Position numbers and translations under genes: made by a program
Shown: one piece after another, positions 39,602 through 50,180 of the stretch
How positions within the stretch are numbered: position 1 is the stretch's first letter
How the letters are laid out: every line of letters begins with the position of its first letter
NCBI GenBank assembly: GCA_963823665.1
Contig: CAWGMQ010000004.1
Span: 1,056,001 to 1,120,000 of the forward strand
From: an uncultured Planctomycetota bacterium
GTDB taxonomy: Bacteria; Planctomycetota; Planctomycetia; Isosphaerales; Isosphaeraceae
Length of the DNA: 64,000 bases
Direction: 5' to 3'
The notes under the pieces: generated by a model
Told to the model about the DNA's origin: nothing
Seen by the model: the letters and a program-made list of their open reading frames with translations, nothing else
The model's database searches: none

Positions 39602-40294
39602 ATGAGCCTTCGAACGATGTGCTATGTGATTCCCGTGCTCGTAGCGCTCTCGGCCACGAGCCACTCTGCCCCCACAGGGCAGAAGCCTTCTGATCAGACC
39701 CTCGGGGCGAAGCCGCCGGAAGGAGCCGTGACCTTGTTCAACGGCGAGTCACTCGCGGGATGGGTTGGCCGGGACGGCAAAACACCCGCCGCGTGGCCCG
39801 TGGCCGACGGCGTCATGACCGTGCGCGGCGGTGACATCATGACGACTGCGCGGTTCGGCAACTTTCAGCTCCATGTCGAATTCAATGTACCGTACATGCC
39901 CAAAGCCCGAGGTCAAGGACGCGGGAATAGCGGCGTGTACCTGGGAGGCATTCACGAGCTTCAGGTGCTCGACTCATACGGACTGAAATCCCAGGACAAC
40001 GATTGCGGCGCGATCTACAAGCAGATCGTACCGGCCGTGAACGCGTGCAAGCCGCCGCTTCAGTGGCAGACATATGATGTGACGTTTCATAAAGCCGTGG
40101 TCGAGGATGGCAAGGTCGTGAAGAAGGCGCGTTTGACCGTCATTCAGAACGGCCTGACCATCATCGACAACGCCGAGATCTCACCTACGCCCGGCGGAAT
40201 CGATTTGAAAGCGGGCGACGACGGGCCGATCCTGCTTCAAGACCATGGTAATGCTGTTGAGTATCGTAATATCTGGATCAAGCCGTTGAATTAG
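39602..40294 (+). CDS. DUF1080 (3-keto-disaccharide hydrolase) family protein
   Basis: LFNGESL.GW, FQLHVEF, GNSGVY, ELQVLDS, ILLQDHGN.VEYRNIWIK. Confidence 0.9.
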   Translation: MSLRTMCYVIPVLVALSATSHSAPTGQKPSDQTLGAKPPEGAVTLFNGESLAGWVGRDGKTPAAWPVADGVMTVRGGDIMTTARFGNFQLHVEFNVPYMPKARGQGRGNSGVYLGGIHELQVLDSYGLKSQDNDCGAIYKQIVPAVNACKPPLQWQTYDVTFHKAVVEDGKVVKKARLTVIQNGLTIIDNAEISPTPGGIDLKAGDDGPILLQDHGNAVEYRNIWIKPLN

Positions 40295-40320
40295 TGTGGG
40301 GGACGGAATCGCCGGGGAGG

Positions 40321-40372
40321 GGACGCGGAGCGTCCAGAATGCGCGTCCCCACGCAGAGGCGTGGGGACGAGG
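40321..40372. repeat. REP doublet of the same family as the 28.2-kb array
   Basis: ggacgcggagcgtcc followed by cgtccccacgcagaggcgtggggacgagg. Confidence 0.75.
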
Positions 40373-40391
40373 GAGAACATCCCTTCGCGGA

Positions 40392-42043
40392 GAGGCTGTC
40401 ATCTTTTGGCCGCGTTGCGGTAACTCGGCCGTTGGGCCTAGTCGGCTGTGATTCACCGCTTGGTCGCTCGGTTAGTGCCGCCGATTCACGCCAGTTCTCC
40501 AATAGCCCAGCCGTTGACGCAAACGCGCTTTCCTATTTTGTCCCTTTTTTGCAAAGTACCGCTCATTCCGCCAGTTTGCCCATCGCTGGGCGCAGTCTCC
40601 CTGCGACAACCAGGTTGTGAGCAATTGCAAACAACAATGCGACGGCGCGGCAACGCGGTTGGCCACGCACGGGCATAAACCAGAATCCTCGATTGCGAGC
40701 CTGGGCGTTGACCCACTCGGCTGTTTGGCCTCGCAGCCGGTAGATCAGCTTCGCGGCCTCGGTCCCCATTCGGATCCGCCAAGCGGCAACCGCTTCGCTG
40801 TCGCCCTTCTTTGCGGTGTAGGGATCTTCTCCATTTGCCTGTTTCTTTTTCTCGTCTCTGATCGGCCCGTATACGATGCAGCCGCGTTGGGCCGCCTGAT
40901 CGATCGAGTCCTTGGTCGTGAAGCCACCGTCAACCAATGCCTCATCCGGAATTCGTTCGTAACGCTCCTCCAACTGGTCGAGCATGGGCGGAAGTTCTTC
41001 GCCATCGTTCCCTGCGTTGGTCACCTCCACACCCACAATCACACCGCTTTCGGTGTCTGTTGTGAATTGAACGTTATATCCCGGCCGGAATCCTCCGTCT
41101 GGAAACTTCATGATCCTCGCGTCGGGGTCGGTGGTCGAAGCACGCGCTTCCCGCCCCTTGCGGCCGTAGGACTCGTCACGTTCGCGTTGCAGCTCCTCGC
41201 ACTGCCGCATCGCTTCTTCGATCCGTTGCTGTCGCTTGTTGGCGGCACGCTCCCGCGCCGCTCGCTGCCGTCGAGTCAGCTCTGCTGTGTCCTCCTCGGC
41301 CAGTTTCTTCAGCGCCTCAACCTGCTCCTTCGCCGCTTTCAGGCACTCCTCCAGGCTACCGCGACGACGAAACGAGCTCTTGCCCGCGCTGGCACGCACT
41401 CTCATTCCGTCCTGAGCGACCCGGTCCATTTTCACCAACCCGGCATGGAGCAGGGTGCCCACGATCTGCGTGAGCAGTTCGTTCAACTTCTCGCCCCCAC
41501 AAGCGAGGAAGTGGGACAACATGCTGTGGTTGACGGTTACGCCGCCGCACAGCCACTGGTACGGCAGACTCCCTTGGTTCTTTTCGCACAGCCGTTCGAT
41601 TTCACGGGCGCTGCCGACTCCCTTCAATGTGGCGAAAACCCGCAATCCGACCAGCAAGCGCGGGTCGGTGGCATCTCGGCCGACATGTCGCTCGACGGCC
41701 TTGATCTCGCCGAGCCAGGCTTTCAGATCGAGCTTGCAGACCGCCGCCCAGACGACCCGGGCCGGATGGTCGGCCTCGAGCAATTCATCGAGCGATGCCC
41801 AGCGCATCTCGATCTGGTCGCGTACGGGACACCGCAGCCGCGGCTTGCCAGTTGGCATCGACTGGGCAGCCTGGGCGGGAGAGGGCTGATCGGGCAAGTC
41901 TTCTGGGCTAAAGAGAGGAAGTGTCATGACGCTCGTCCTGCAACACCGGGGCTGCGTGGGGCTCATGCGGCGGACTACATGCATGGTATTAGAACGTGAA
42001 CACTATACAAAATCAACCCCAACGCCGAAAAAATCACAGCCTC
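40392..42043 (-). mobile_element. IS1182-family insertion sequence
   Basis: Imperfect terminal IRs gaggctgtcatcttttggccgcgttg / gaggctgtgattttttcggcgttg (reverse complement); flanking direct repeat GGA (or CGGAG if ends shift by 1 bp). Confidence 0.88.
40563..41927 (-). CDS. IS1182-family DDE transposase
   Basis: HPARVVW, GRDATDPRLL, SAREIERLC, YQWLCGG, AQDG.RVRASA, STTDPDARIMK, GYNVQ, LVDGGF, AEWVNA. Confidence 0.9.
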   Translation of the reverse strand: MTLPLFSPEDLPDQPSPAQAAQSMPTGKPRLRCPVRDQIEMRWASLDELLEADHPARVVWAAVCKLDLKAWLGEIKAVERHVGRDATDPRLLVGLRVFATLKGVGSAREIERLCEKNQGSLPYQWLCGGVTVNHSMLSHFLACGGEKLNELLTQIVGTLLHAGLVKMDRVAQDGMRVRASAGKSSFRRRGSLEECLKAAKEQVEALKKLAEEDTAELTRRQRAARERAANKRQQRIEEAMRQCEELQRERDESYGRKGREARASTTDPDARIMKFPDGGFRPGYNVQFTTDTESGVIVGVEVTNAGNDGEELPPMLDQLEERYERIPDEALVDGGFTTKDSIDQAAQRGCIVYGPIRDEKKKQANGEDPYTAKKGDSEAVAAWRIRMGTEAAKLIYRLRGQTAEWVNAQARNRGFWFMPVRGQPRCRAVALLFAIAHNLVVAGRLRPAMGKLAE

Positions 42044-42087
42044 GGAGCGAAGGGCGACAATGAGGTCTGCTCTGGCCTCCGGCCGGC

Positions 42088-42615
42088 TCAGCCGGCCGCT
42101 TCCTTTAAAGCCTTCAGCGCCGGCTCGTAGTTGGGCTCCTGGGCGATTTCGGGGACGATCTCGGCGTACCGGATGGTATCTGCGGCATCGACCACGAAGA
42201 CCGCCCTGGCCAGAAGAGGGACCGGCAGGTCTTCTATCAGCACTCCGTAATGTTCGCCGAAGCTGTGGTTGTGGACGTCGGACAGGTTCTTCAAGTTTTC
42301 GATGCTGGCCTCCGTGCAGAACCGCGCCTGAGCGAACGGCAGATCGGTGCTGACGGTGTAAGCGGCGACCTTGTCGCCCAGAGCCTTCAATTCTTCAGCA
42401 AATCGCTTGGTTTGCCTGTTGCATACCGGTGTGTCGAGAGAAGGGACGACGTTGAATAGCCGGGCCTTGCCGGCGGTGCTGGCCAGTGAGAGGAAGGCCA
42501 GACCTGCCCCCACGCACTTGAAGTCGGGCGCCTTGTCGCCCGGTTTGAGCTTCGGGCCGACGAGAGTGATTGGATTCCCCTTGAATGTCACTTCGCCCTT
42601 TCGCGTATCAGCCAT
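42088..42615 (-). CDS. tpx: thiol peroxidase (atypical 2-Cys peroxiredoxin)
   Basis: VTFKGNP, VPSLDTPVC, DLPFAQARFC, EPNY. Confidence 0.93.
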   Translation of the reverse strand: MADTRKGEVTFKGNPITLVGPKLKPGDKAPDFKCVGAGLAFLSLASTAGKARLFNVVPSLDTPVCNRQTKRFAEELKALGDKVAAYTVSTDLPFAQARFCTEASIENLKNLSDVHNHSFGEHYGVLIEDLPVPLLARAVFVVDAADTIRYAEIVPEIAQEPNYEPALKALKEAAG

Positions 42616-42768
42616 GAGAATCGCACCTCGGAGAGTCAAAAGGGATGTCAATCGGGTAAACTCAATGTGGCCATCAGCGTATCAACGGCGGGCGGCCATC
42701 GGCTAGAGGCCAGCGACCGGATGTGGCTCGCGCTCAGGTCAGTGCCGATTGTCGCCAGGGAAGTGAGA

Positions 42769-44614
42769 ATGCACAGTCCATATTCTTTTGATGTTGTGGT
42801 TGTTGGTGCCGGGCACGCCGGACTGGAAGCGGCGCTTGCTTCTGCTCGCATGGGGCTGCGCACGGCGCTCTTGACGATCAACTGCGACACGGTTGGCCAG
42901 ATGAGCTGCAACCCGGCGATCGGGGGGGTGGCGAAGGGGCAGATCGTTCGGGAGATCGACGCCCTGGGCGGCGCGATGGCTTTGTTCACCGACGCCACTG
43001 CACTGCAATTCCGTCTACTCAACAGGGGCAAAGGGCCGGCTATGCACAGCCCGCGGGCCCAGTGCGACAAGAAGGCCTATCAGTTCCTGGCCAAGCGGAC
43101 AGTCGAAAGCCAGCCGGGGCTTACGCTCCGGCAAGAAATGATTGACTCGATCTGGGTCGAGAACGGGCGGGTCGCCGGGGTGATTTGCCGTGGCAATGCG
43201 CGGTATCACGCCAGGGCCGTCGTGCTCACGACAGGCACGTTTCTTCAGGCACTGATGCACACCGGCGAGGTGAAGACGCCCGGTGGTCGCGGCGGCGAGG
43301 GGGCTGCGGTCGGGCTTTCGGAGAGCCTGTGCAGCCTGGGATTCGAGCTGTTGCGATTCAAGACCGGCACGCCACCGCGGCTGAACGGGCGGACGATCGA
43401 CTTCAGCCGCCTGGAGCCACAGCCGGGAGACGCCGAGCCGGTGGCCTTCTCGTTCCTCACGGAGCGATTGACGCAGCCGCAGCTCGACTGCCACATCACC
43501 TACACCAATACTGCAGTGCACGATGTGATCCGAGCCAACCTTCACCGCGCACCGATGTATTCGGGCCAGATCCAGAGCACCGGTCCGCGGTACTGTCCGT
43601 CGATCGAAGACAAGGTCGTCCGCTTCGCCGACCGCCAGGCACACCAGATTTTTCTCGAGCCCGAGGGACGAAACACCCTCGAGTATTACTGCAACGGGAT
43701 ATCGACGAGCCTGCCGCGCAACGTTCAGGAGGCGATCATACCGATGATCGCGGGGCTGGAGCACGCCGAGATCATGCGGTTTGGCTACGCGGTCGAATAT
43801 GACTTCGCCCCTCCCACCCAGCTTGCACCGACGCTCGGAGACCAAGGCCGTGCGCAACCTGTTCTTCGCCGGACAGATCAACGGCACGACCGGCTACGAG
43901 GAAGCCGCCGCCCAGGGCCTCATCGCCGGGATCAACGCCGCGCTCTCGGCCAGGAACGAGCCGCCGTTTCTGATCGATCGATCGCAAGCGTATATCGGAG
44001 TATTGATCGACGATCTGGTCACGCGAGGGGTGGACGAGCCATACCGCATGTTCACCAGCCGAGCCGAGTACCGGCTGCTGCTGCGGCACGATAACGCCGA
44101 CTTGCGGCTGACCGAGCGCGGCAGGGGGATCGGCCTGGTCGACGACACGAGGTGGCAAAGGTTCGAGCAGCGGCGAGATTACGTCGGCCGTCTGCGCACG
44201 AGGCTTCTAAGCACGCGTGCTTCGGGCGCCACACTGTTCCAGGCTCTGGGCCGGCCGGAAGCGGCCTGGAGCGACATCGTGCTTCTCGACCCGGCGATTG
44301 ATCACGAAGGGTTTGAAAACGACGCGATCGAGCAGGTGACGATCGACGCGAAATACGCCGGCTACATCGGCCGCCAGAGCGAGCAAGTCGAGCGATTCCG
44401 TCGACTCGAGGACAAGCGGATTCCGTCTGACTTCTCGTACCGCGCGATCCCGCAGCTTCGGGCCGAGGCCCGTGAGAAACTCGAACGCGTGCGCCCGCTT
44501 TCGCTGGGCCAGGCGGGCCGGATCAGCGGAATCAGCCCGGCTGATATCGCCACGCTGCTGATCCACTTGAAGCGATCTGAGCCGGGATTATCGGCGCCCT
44601 TGCGCGAGACGTGA
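42769..44614 (+). CDS. mnmG: tRNA uridine-5-carboxymethylaminomethyl(34) synthesis enzyme MnmG (frameshift near 43837)
   Basis: GAGHAG, MSCNPAIGG, RFKTGTPPRL, GPRYCPSIEDK, then in another frame AGQINGTTGYEEAAAQG, EPYRMFTSRAEYRL. Confidence 0.96.
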
Positions 44615-44695
44615 CTCGATCGGGCGGTTGCGCAACGGTTTTGTAGCGGCGGCCGCCGGAATGCCCCCCCCTGCACAGCCTCGCTCTCCTGGTGC

Positions 44696-47600
44696 TCAGG
44701 CCGGGGTGATGCGTGCTCCACCCGGTGAGATCGCGAGCACTCGGTTTCCGGAGACGAACGCACCCGAGAGGTCCGTGACTCCGCTTGTCGGGCCGCCCAG
44801 GACTGTGATCTGGCCCCCGGTCTTGAAGGTCTGCTGCGCCCCAAATGTCAACTGGACGCTCTCGCTCGCATCGTTGTACGAAACCGTGAAGTTTGTGAGC
44901 GGCTGCATCGTGGTGACCTTCTTCCTCTTGACGGTCTTCGTGGACAGGAGTTCGATCTGGTAATTGGTCGGGAACTGCGCACTGGCTGCGGTCAGCTTGC
45001 TGCTGAAATCGATCATGTAGCCGACCAGCGTTGGATTTCCCGACGGTTTCCCGTGCTTCAGCTTCCGCTGAAATAATGGCTGTTCGCCGATGATCGTGGG
45101 CGGCGCCGGTGCCTTGGCGATGACCACTGTCTGCGCGACGTTGATCGCGACGCTTGCCATGGCCGTCATGTAGTCGAGTGAGTCGGTGGGCGTGAAGGTC
45201 ACGGCTAGCGATTGGGCCTGTCCGGCGTGGAGGAAGGTTCCGGCCGCCGGCGTGTATACGAATGTGCCCGGCACGGAGGCGGTGGCGTCGAGCTGGGTCG
45301 CCGAGAGGGGCGTGCCGTACGTGATGCCGGCGGGTGTGGTCCAGGTCACCGTTGGCGTGGCCTGTGTGACGGTGACGGTCAGGCCCGGCGTCACCGTGGT
45401 TACCGGGCTACTGCCGCGGGCGCCTATGATCACATCCCCTTTGGGATTCACCGCCACGCCCGCAGGCTTCATCAGTCCGGAGCCGACGGTCGTCTGCTTG
45501 CCCGGCGGCGTCACCTTGAGCACTTGATTGTTACCGGTGTCGGCAATGAACACGTCGCCCGAGCCGTCGACCGCCACACCTTCAGGCTGCGAGAGGCCGG
45601 AGCCGACGGTCGACTGAGTCCCCGACGGTGTCACCTCGAGGACGCGGTTATTGCCGGTATCGGCGATAAACAGATCTCCGCCTGAGTCAACCGCGATGCC
45701 CTCGGGTCCGGATAACCCGGATACGATCGTCAACTGGGTGCCGCCGGCCGTCACCTCGACCACGCGGTTATTGCCCGTATCGGCGATGAAGACGTCGCCG
45801 GCAGCATCGACCGCCACGCCCATGGGGCAGTTCAGTCCGGAGCCGATGGTCTGCGTCCCGGTGGACGTGACCTCGAGAACCTGATTCTGGCCGGAGTCGG
45901 CGATGAATACGTCCCCTGCGGCGTCGACGGCTGTGCCCCAGGGGGATTCCAGTCCGGAGACCAGGGTCGTCTGCGTTCCGTCATCCGTCAGCTCGAGCAC
46001 CTGATTGTTGTTGCCGTCGGCGATGAATACGTCTCCCGAACTGTCCACCGCCACGCCCGCGGGCGCAGAGACCCTGGTGGCAGGCAATTTCGATTGCGGG
46101 CTCGCCGGCTCGACGCCCGAGGAGCTGGCAGTGTAAGTGGCCGTGCCGCTAAATGAGGCGGTGATGGTGTGCGAGCCGACCGTGAGCGTCGTCGTGGTGA
46201 AGGCGGCCACGCCGGCGGTCACAGGGGATGTCTCAATCGCCGTGATGCCGTCGAGGAATGTGACCGAGCCCTGGCTGGGGACGGTCACCCCTGCCGGGAC
46301 ACTGACCGTGGCGGTGAAGGTTTCGGGCCGGCCGAAGACGATCGAGGCGGAGCTGGCGGCCAGGCTGATGCTGGTGGCGACCTGCCTGACCGTTGCCTGG
46401 AGTGCCGGCGTGATCTCGAGCACCTGGTTGTTGCCGAAATCGCTGACGAACACGTCGCCTGTGCCGTCTACAGCCGGATACGCGGGCTGGGCGAGCCCTG
46501 AGCCGACGGCCGTCTGCGGCGAGCCCGAGCCCGGCACCCTGAGCAACTGGCCCGCGAGCGGTTCGGCAATGAACACATCATTCGCGCTGTCGACTGCCAC
46601 GCCCTGAGGGAATTCCAGTCCCGAGCCGACGAACGTCTGTGCGCTCGAGCTCGACACCTCGAGAACCTCGTTGGCGAGAGACTCGGCGATGAACACGTCG
46701 CCGGCGGAGTCAACCGCCACGCCCGTCGGTTGGTCATCGCAATCGGTGAGGGTTGTCTGCGTGCCGCTCGGCGTGACCTCGACGACCCGGCAATTGTCGG
46801 TATCGGCGATGAAGACGTCGCCCGTGGCGTCCACCGCCACGCCCTCCGGGTGGCTCAGACCTGAGCCGATGGTTTGCGTGCCCGATGGCGCCAGCTCGAG
46901 GACGCGGTTGTTCATGGTATCGGCCACGAACACGTCGCCAGCCGAATCGACCGCGACGCCTGTAGGAGAATTCAGCCCGGAGATGAGGGTCTGCTGTGTT
47001 CCGGACGGGAGGACCTCCACCACGCGGTTATTCTGGAAATCGGCGATGAAGACATCGCCCGTCGCGTCCACGGCCACGCCCGAGGGCCCGGAGAGCAAGG
47101 AGGTGGGTACAACGGACTGGGTGCTCGTGCTGGCTGCGAACTGAGTTGTTCCGCCAAAAGAAGCAGTGATCGCGTGCGAGCCCATGGAGAGGGACGACGT
47201 CGTGAAGGTTGCCTCGCTTGCAGCGTGAAATGGATTGCTCGAGACGGCCGCGGTGCCGAGCGGCGTGGTGCCGTCCCAGAACGTGACATTGCCGAGGTTG
47301 GGAGCCATCGAGCCGCTCGGCACGTTGACAATGGCGGTGAAGGTTTGGGACTGGCCGAAGGCGGTCGTGGCCGAGCTGGCGGCCAGTCTGATGGTAGTCG
47401 GCACCGGGCTGACGGTGATGGGTGCGACTTCCAGCACCTGGTCGTTGCCGCCGTCACTGACGAATGCATCTCCCGCGGCGTTCACGGTGACGCCGGTGGC
47501 GATGCCGATGCCGGCGCCCTGTGTCAACTCTGTGCCCGAGGTTGTCACTTCGAGCAACTGGCCGGCGGCGATGAACAAGTTCCCGCTTGCGTCGACCGCC

Positions 47601-48553
47601 ACACTGTGGGGCGAGGGTATCCCGAAGGCGACGGTGTGTTGCGTGCCCGACTGCGTCACCTCAACGACCCGGTTGTTGCCGGTATCGGCGATGAAGACGT
47701 CGCCGGAGCTGTCAACCGCCACGCCCTCGGGATCGTTTAGCCCGGAGCCGAAGGTCTGAGTGACCGTCCATGTCACCTCTCCCATGACACCCTGAATGCC
47801 GGCGCCCAAGGTCGGCGTGCTGGACGGAGCGAGCTCGAGCACGCGGTTATGACCTGAATCGGCGACGAACACGTCTCCCGCGGCGTTGAGCGCCACGCCC
47901 TGAGGCAAATCGAACCCGGAGCCGACCGTCAGTTGAGCGCCACCCGGCGTGATCTCGAGGACTTTGCTGGCGAAGGCATCGGCAACGAAGACGTCTCGCG
48001 CGGCATCAACGGCCACACCTACGGGACCGGATAATCCAGAGGCGACGGTCGTTTGCGTGCCAAGCGCCGTTTCTTCAACCACGCGGCCCTGCCCACCGTC
48101 GGCGATGAACAGGTCCCCAAGTCCGTCGAGGGCCACGCCCTCCGGGAGAGAGAGGCCGGAGACCGGCACGACGGACTGGACACCGGCGGAGCTACTGGGC
48201 GCGAAGTTCCCGGAGCCGCTGTAGGACGCACTGATCGAGTGCGCGCCCACGGCGAGGGTCGATGTCGTCAACGCGGCGACGCCTGCGGTGACGTTCGAGG
48301 TGCCAAGTGGCGCGCCGCCGTCTGAAAACGTGACTGTGCCCTCGCTCGGCAGGGCGGCGGTCGAGCTGCTCGGAACGGCGACGGTTGCGGTGATGGTCTC
48401 GGATTGACCGTAGATGGGCGCAAGATTCGAGGCGGCGATCGAGACGAGAGTCGGCGTGAGGGTGGAAAGCAGCGTGCGGCGCTCGAGCGGCTCGACGAAA
48501 AGCCGGCGGGCGGATCTGAGGAAGCGAGCCTGGTGCGGCATCGAACGTGTCAT
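44696..48553 (-). CDS. large secreted protein with Big_3-type Ig domains and NHL beta-propellers
   Basis: Planctomycete export motif RRLFVEPLERRTLLS; three GTVTF.DG...G.H.I.A..SG Ig units; many P.GVAVD..GDVFIAD..NNRV.E repeats. Confidence 0.9.
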   Translation of the reverse strand: MTRSMPHQARFLRSARRLFVEPLERRTLLSTLTPTLVSIAASNLAPIYGQSETITATVAVPSSSTAALPSEGTVTFSDGGAPLGTSNVTAGVAALTTSTLAVGAHSISASYSGSGNFAPSSSAGVQSVVPVSGLSLPEGVALDGLGDLFIADGGQGRVVEETALGTQTTVASGLSGPVGVAVDAARDVFVADAFASKVLEITPGGAQLTVGSGFDLPQGVALNAAGDVFVADSGHNRVLELAPSSTPTLGAGIQGVMGEVTWTVTQTFGSGLNDPEGVAVDSSGDVFIADTGNNRVVEVTQSGTQHTVAFGIPSPHSVAVDASGNLFIAAGQLLEVTTSGTELTQGAGIGIATGVTVNAAGDAFVSDGGNDQVLEVAPITVSPVPTTIRLAASSATTAFGQSQTFTAIVNVPSGSMAPNLGNVTFWDGTTPLGTAAVSSNPFHAASEATFTTSSLSMGSHAITASFGGTTQFAASTSTQSVVPTSLLSGPSGVAVDATGDVFIADFQNNRVVEVLPSGTQQTLISGLNSPTGVAVDSAGDVFVADTMNNRVLELAPSGTQTIGSGLSHPEGVAVDATGDVFIADTDNCRVVEVTPSGTQTTLTDCDDQPTGVAVDSAGDVFIAESLANEVLEVSSSSAQTFVGSGLEFPQGVAVDSANDVFIAEPLAGQLLRVPGSGSPQTAVGSGLAQPAYPAVDGTGDVFVSDFGNNQVLEITPALQATVRQVATSISLAASSASIVFGRPETFTATVSVPAGVTVPSQGSVTFLDGITAIETSPVTAGVAAFTTTTLTVGSHTITASFSGTATYTASSSGVEPASPQSKLPATRVSAPAGVAVDSSGDVFIADGNNNQVLELTDDGTQTTLVSGLESPWGTAVDAAGDVFIADSGQNQVLEVTSTGTQTIGSGLNCPMGVAVDAAGDVFIADTGNNRVVEVTAGGTQLTIVSGLSGPEGIAVDSGGDLFIADTGNNRVLEVTPSGTQSTVGSGLSQPEGVAVDGSGDVFIADTGNNQVLKVTPPGKQTTVGSGLMKPAGVAVNPKGDVIIGARGSSPVTTVTPGLTVTVTQATPTVTWTTPAGITYGTPLSATQLDATASVPGTFVYTPAAGTFLHAGQAQSLAVTFTPTDSLDYMTAMASVAINVAQTVVIAKAPAPPTIIGEQPLFQRKLKHGKPSGNPTLVGYMIDFSSKLTAASAQFPTNYQIELLSTKTVKRKKVTTMQPLTNFTVSYNDASESVQLTFGAQQTFKTGGQITVLGGPTSGVTDLSGAFVSGNRVLAISPGGARITPA

Positions 48554-49191
48554 GGATCACCGTTTCTTAATCGGAAACATCTGTCGGCTATCAAGGGATT
48601 GCCGAGGGACGCCCCGATCGGACAGCGACCTCGCCGATTTGCAGAATGAAGGCGCCCGGCAGACAGGAGCGCGGCGGGATAGCTCGCGATCAATTGCGAC
48701 CGGAATCAAACCGCTTCAGCCGCGGCGACGGCGCCAGGTTGCTCATCTCACTCAAACGCCGTGAAGACGAATTGCCACCGCAATTCTCTGTCTTGTCGCC
48801 GTCACAGTTGGTCCGGGAAAACGCGCGGGGCGTCGGTCTGCATTCGATGGAAGAATGGCTCCGAATTGCTTCGTGCGACGGTGAAGTGACGCGAACGCGA
48901 ATCTGGAGAAGGAAGGGGATTCACTTCACCGTTCCTACGCAAAACTCTGTCAAGCTGTCACTTCCTCGCGCATGCCCAATGAGTGACAATGGCACTCCTT
49001 CCCGTCATATACTTCTTCTTTCGATTCGTCCGAGACTCGCCACCTTCCGATCCGGCCCCGAACGCCACTCATATTTTTTTTTCCTATTCTTCCTGGCATT
49101 AAATCGCCGGAGTCGGTAAAACTCTCTCAGGCTGGCGACCCACAGAGTCTAGGGAGAAGTGGCGAAAGCCAATGAAGCCGAATCGAGTGGA

Positions 49192-49219
49192 TTGACAAGG
49201 TGGGGCCATATCCTACAAT
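49192..49219 (+). promoter_or_regulatory. sigma70-type promoter
   Basis: TTGACA-16 bp-TACAAT about 245 bp upstream of the response regulator. Confidence 0.65.
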
Positions 49220-49465
49220 TGGCTATATCGGCAATATTGGTAAATTCCAGAGATTCCGCTGACTTTAACAGCGATGCTTTTGCGATCAGGTTGTTGAGTC
49301 GACAGAGGGAGGCAGAGGTGGAATGAGAACTGAGTTGGGTTCACGTCGTGAGAAGGACTAGCACGGAGGCCGATCGGGCGGCATCTTCCTTTTCCGCACG
49401 AGTTCCCAATGACTGGGAGAAGGAGGGCCTTGTCCTTGATCGCGCAAGATGGGACCTACACAACG

Positions 49466-50047
49466 ATGAAGACGGTTTTCACGACAGGCGAGGCGGCCAA
49501 GATATGTAAAGTGAGCCAGCAGACGATCATTCGCTGCTTTGACTCGGGTCAGCTCAAGGGCTTCCGAGTTCCCGGCTCACGATTTCGTCGCATCCCTCGC
49601 GATGCGCTCTATCGATTCATGAAAGAGAACGGTATCCCGACGGACGCCATGGAGAGCGGTCGGCGGCGGATCCTGATCGTCGACGACGATCAGGCGGTGG
49701 TGGACCTCATTTCCGAGGTTTTCGCCGCTGACAATCGTTTCGAGACCAAGGTCGTGAACAACGGATTCGGCGCTGGCATGCTCGCCAAGGAGTACCACCC
49801 GGATCTCATCATCCTTGATGTCATGCTGCCAGACATCAATGGACAGGCGGTTTGCGAAATCATTCGAGGCGATTCGGCCATGTCGGACATCAAGATCATC
49901 TGCATCTCAGGATTGATCGAAGCCGACAAGATTCAGGAGCTTACCGAATCGGGTGCGGACGAGTTCCTGCACAAACCGCTGGATATCGATGAACTGATGC
50001 GCCGCGTCTGCCGACTCTTGGATATGGAGGCCAGCGTGGTGAGCTGA
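49466..50047 (+). CDS. response regulator with N-terminal excisionase-like HTH
   Basis: FTTGEAAKICKVSQQTIIRCFDSG; REC motifs ILIVDDD, LDVMLPD, FLHKP. Confidence 0.92.
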   Translation: MKTVFTTGEAAKICKVSQQTIIRCFDSGQLKGFRVPGSRFRRIPRDALYRFMKENGIPTDAMESGRRRILIVDDDQAVVDLISEVFAADNRFETKVVNNGFGAGMLAKEYHPDLIILDVMLPDINGQAVCEIIRGDSAMSDIKIICISGLIEADKIQELTESGADEFLHKPLDIDELMRRVCRLLDMEASVVS

Positions 50048-50180
50048 TCGTCTGCGCTAGAGGCAAGCTCGAGGTAATTCGGGCAAGCTAGCGTGGGGGA
50101 AATGCGCGCCTTGGGTCTAGAATGGCCGATCTCGAGCGAGACCGTGTGCTCGGTCGGGAGGCGAACGGGAAGGAGCCCGT

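Noticed and set aside
43830..43845. programmed ribosomal frameshift in mnmG and other split genes
   Set aside because: No slippery heptamers; frequency and scatter fit sequencing indels
48646..49119. 157-aa ORF in the large intergenic region
   Set aside because: Atypical composition, runs through a poly-T tract, no RBS or motif
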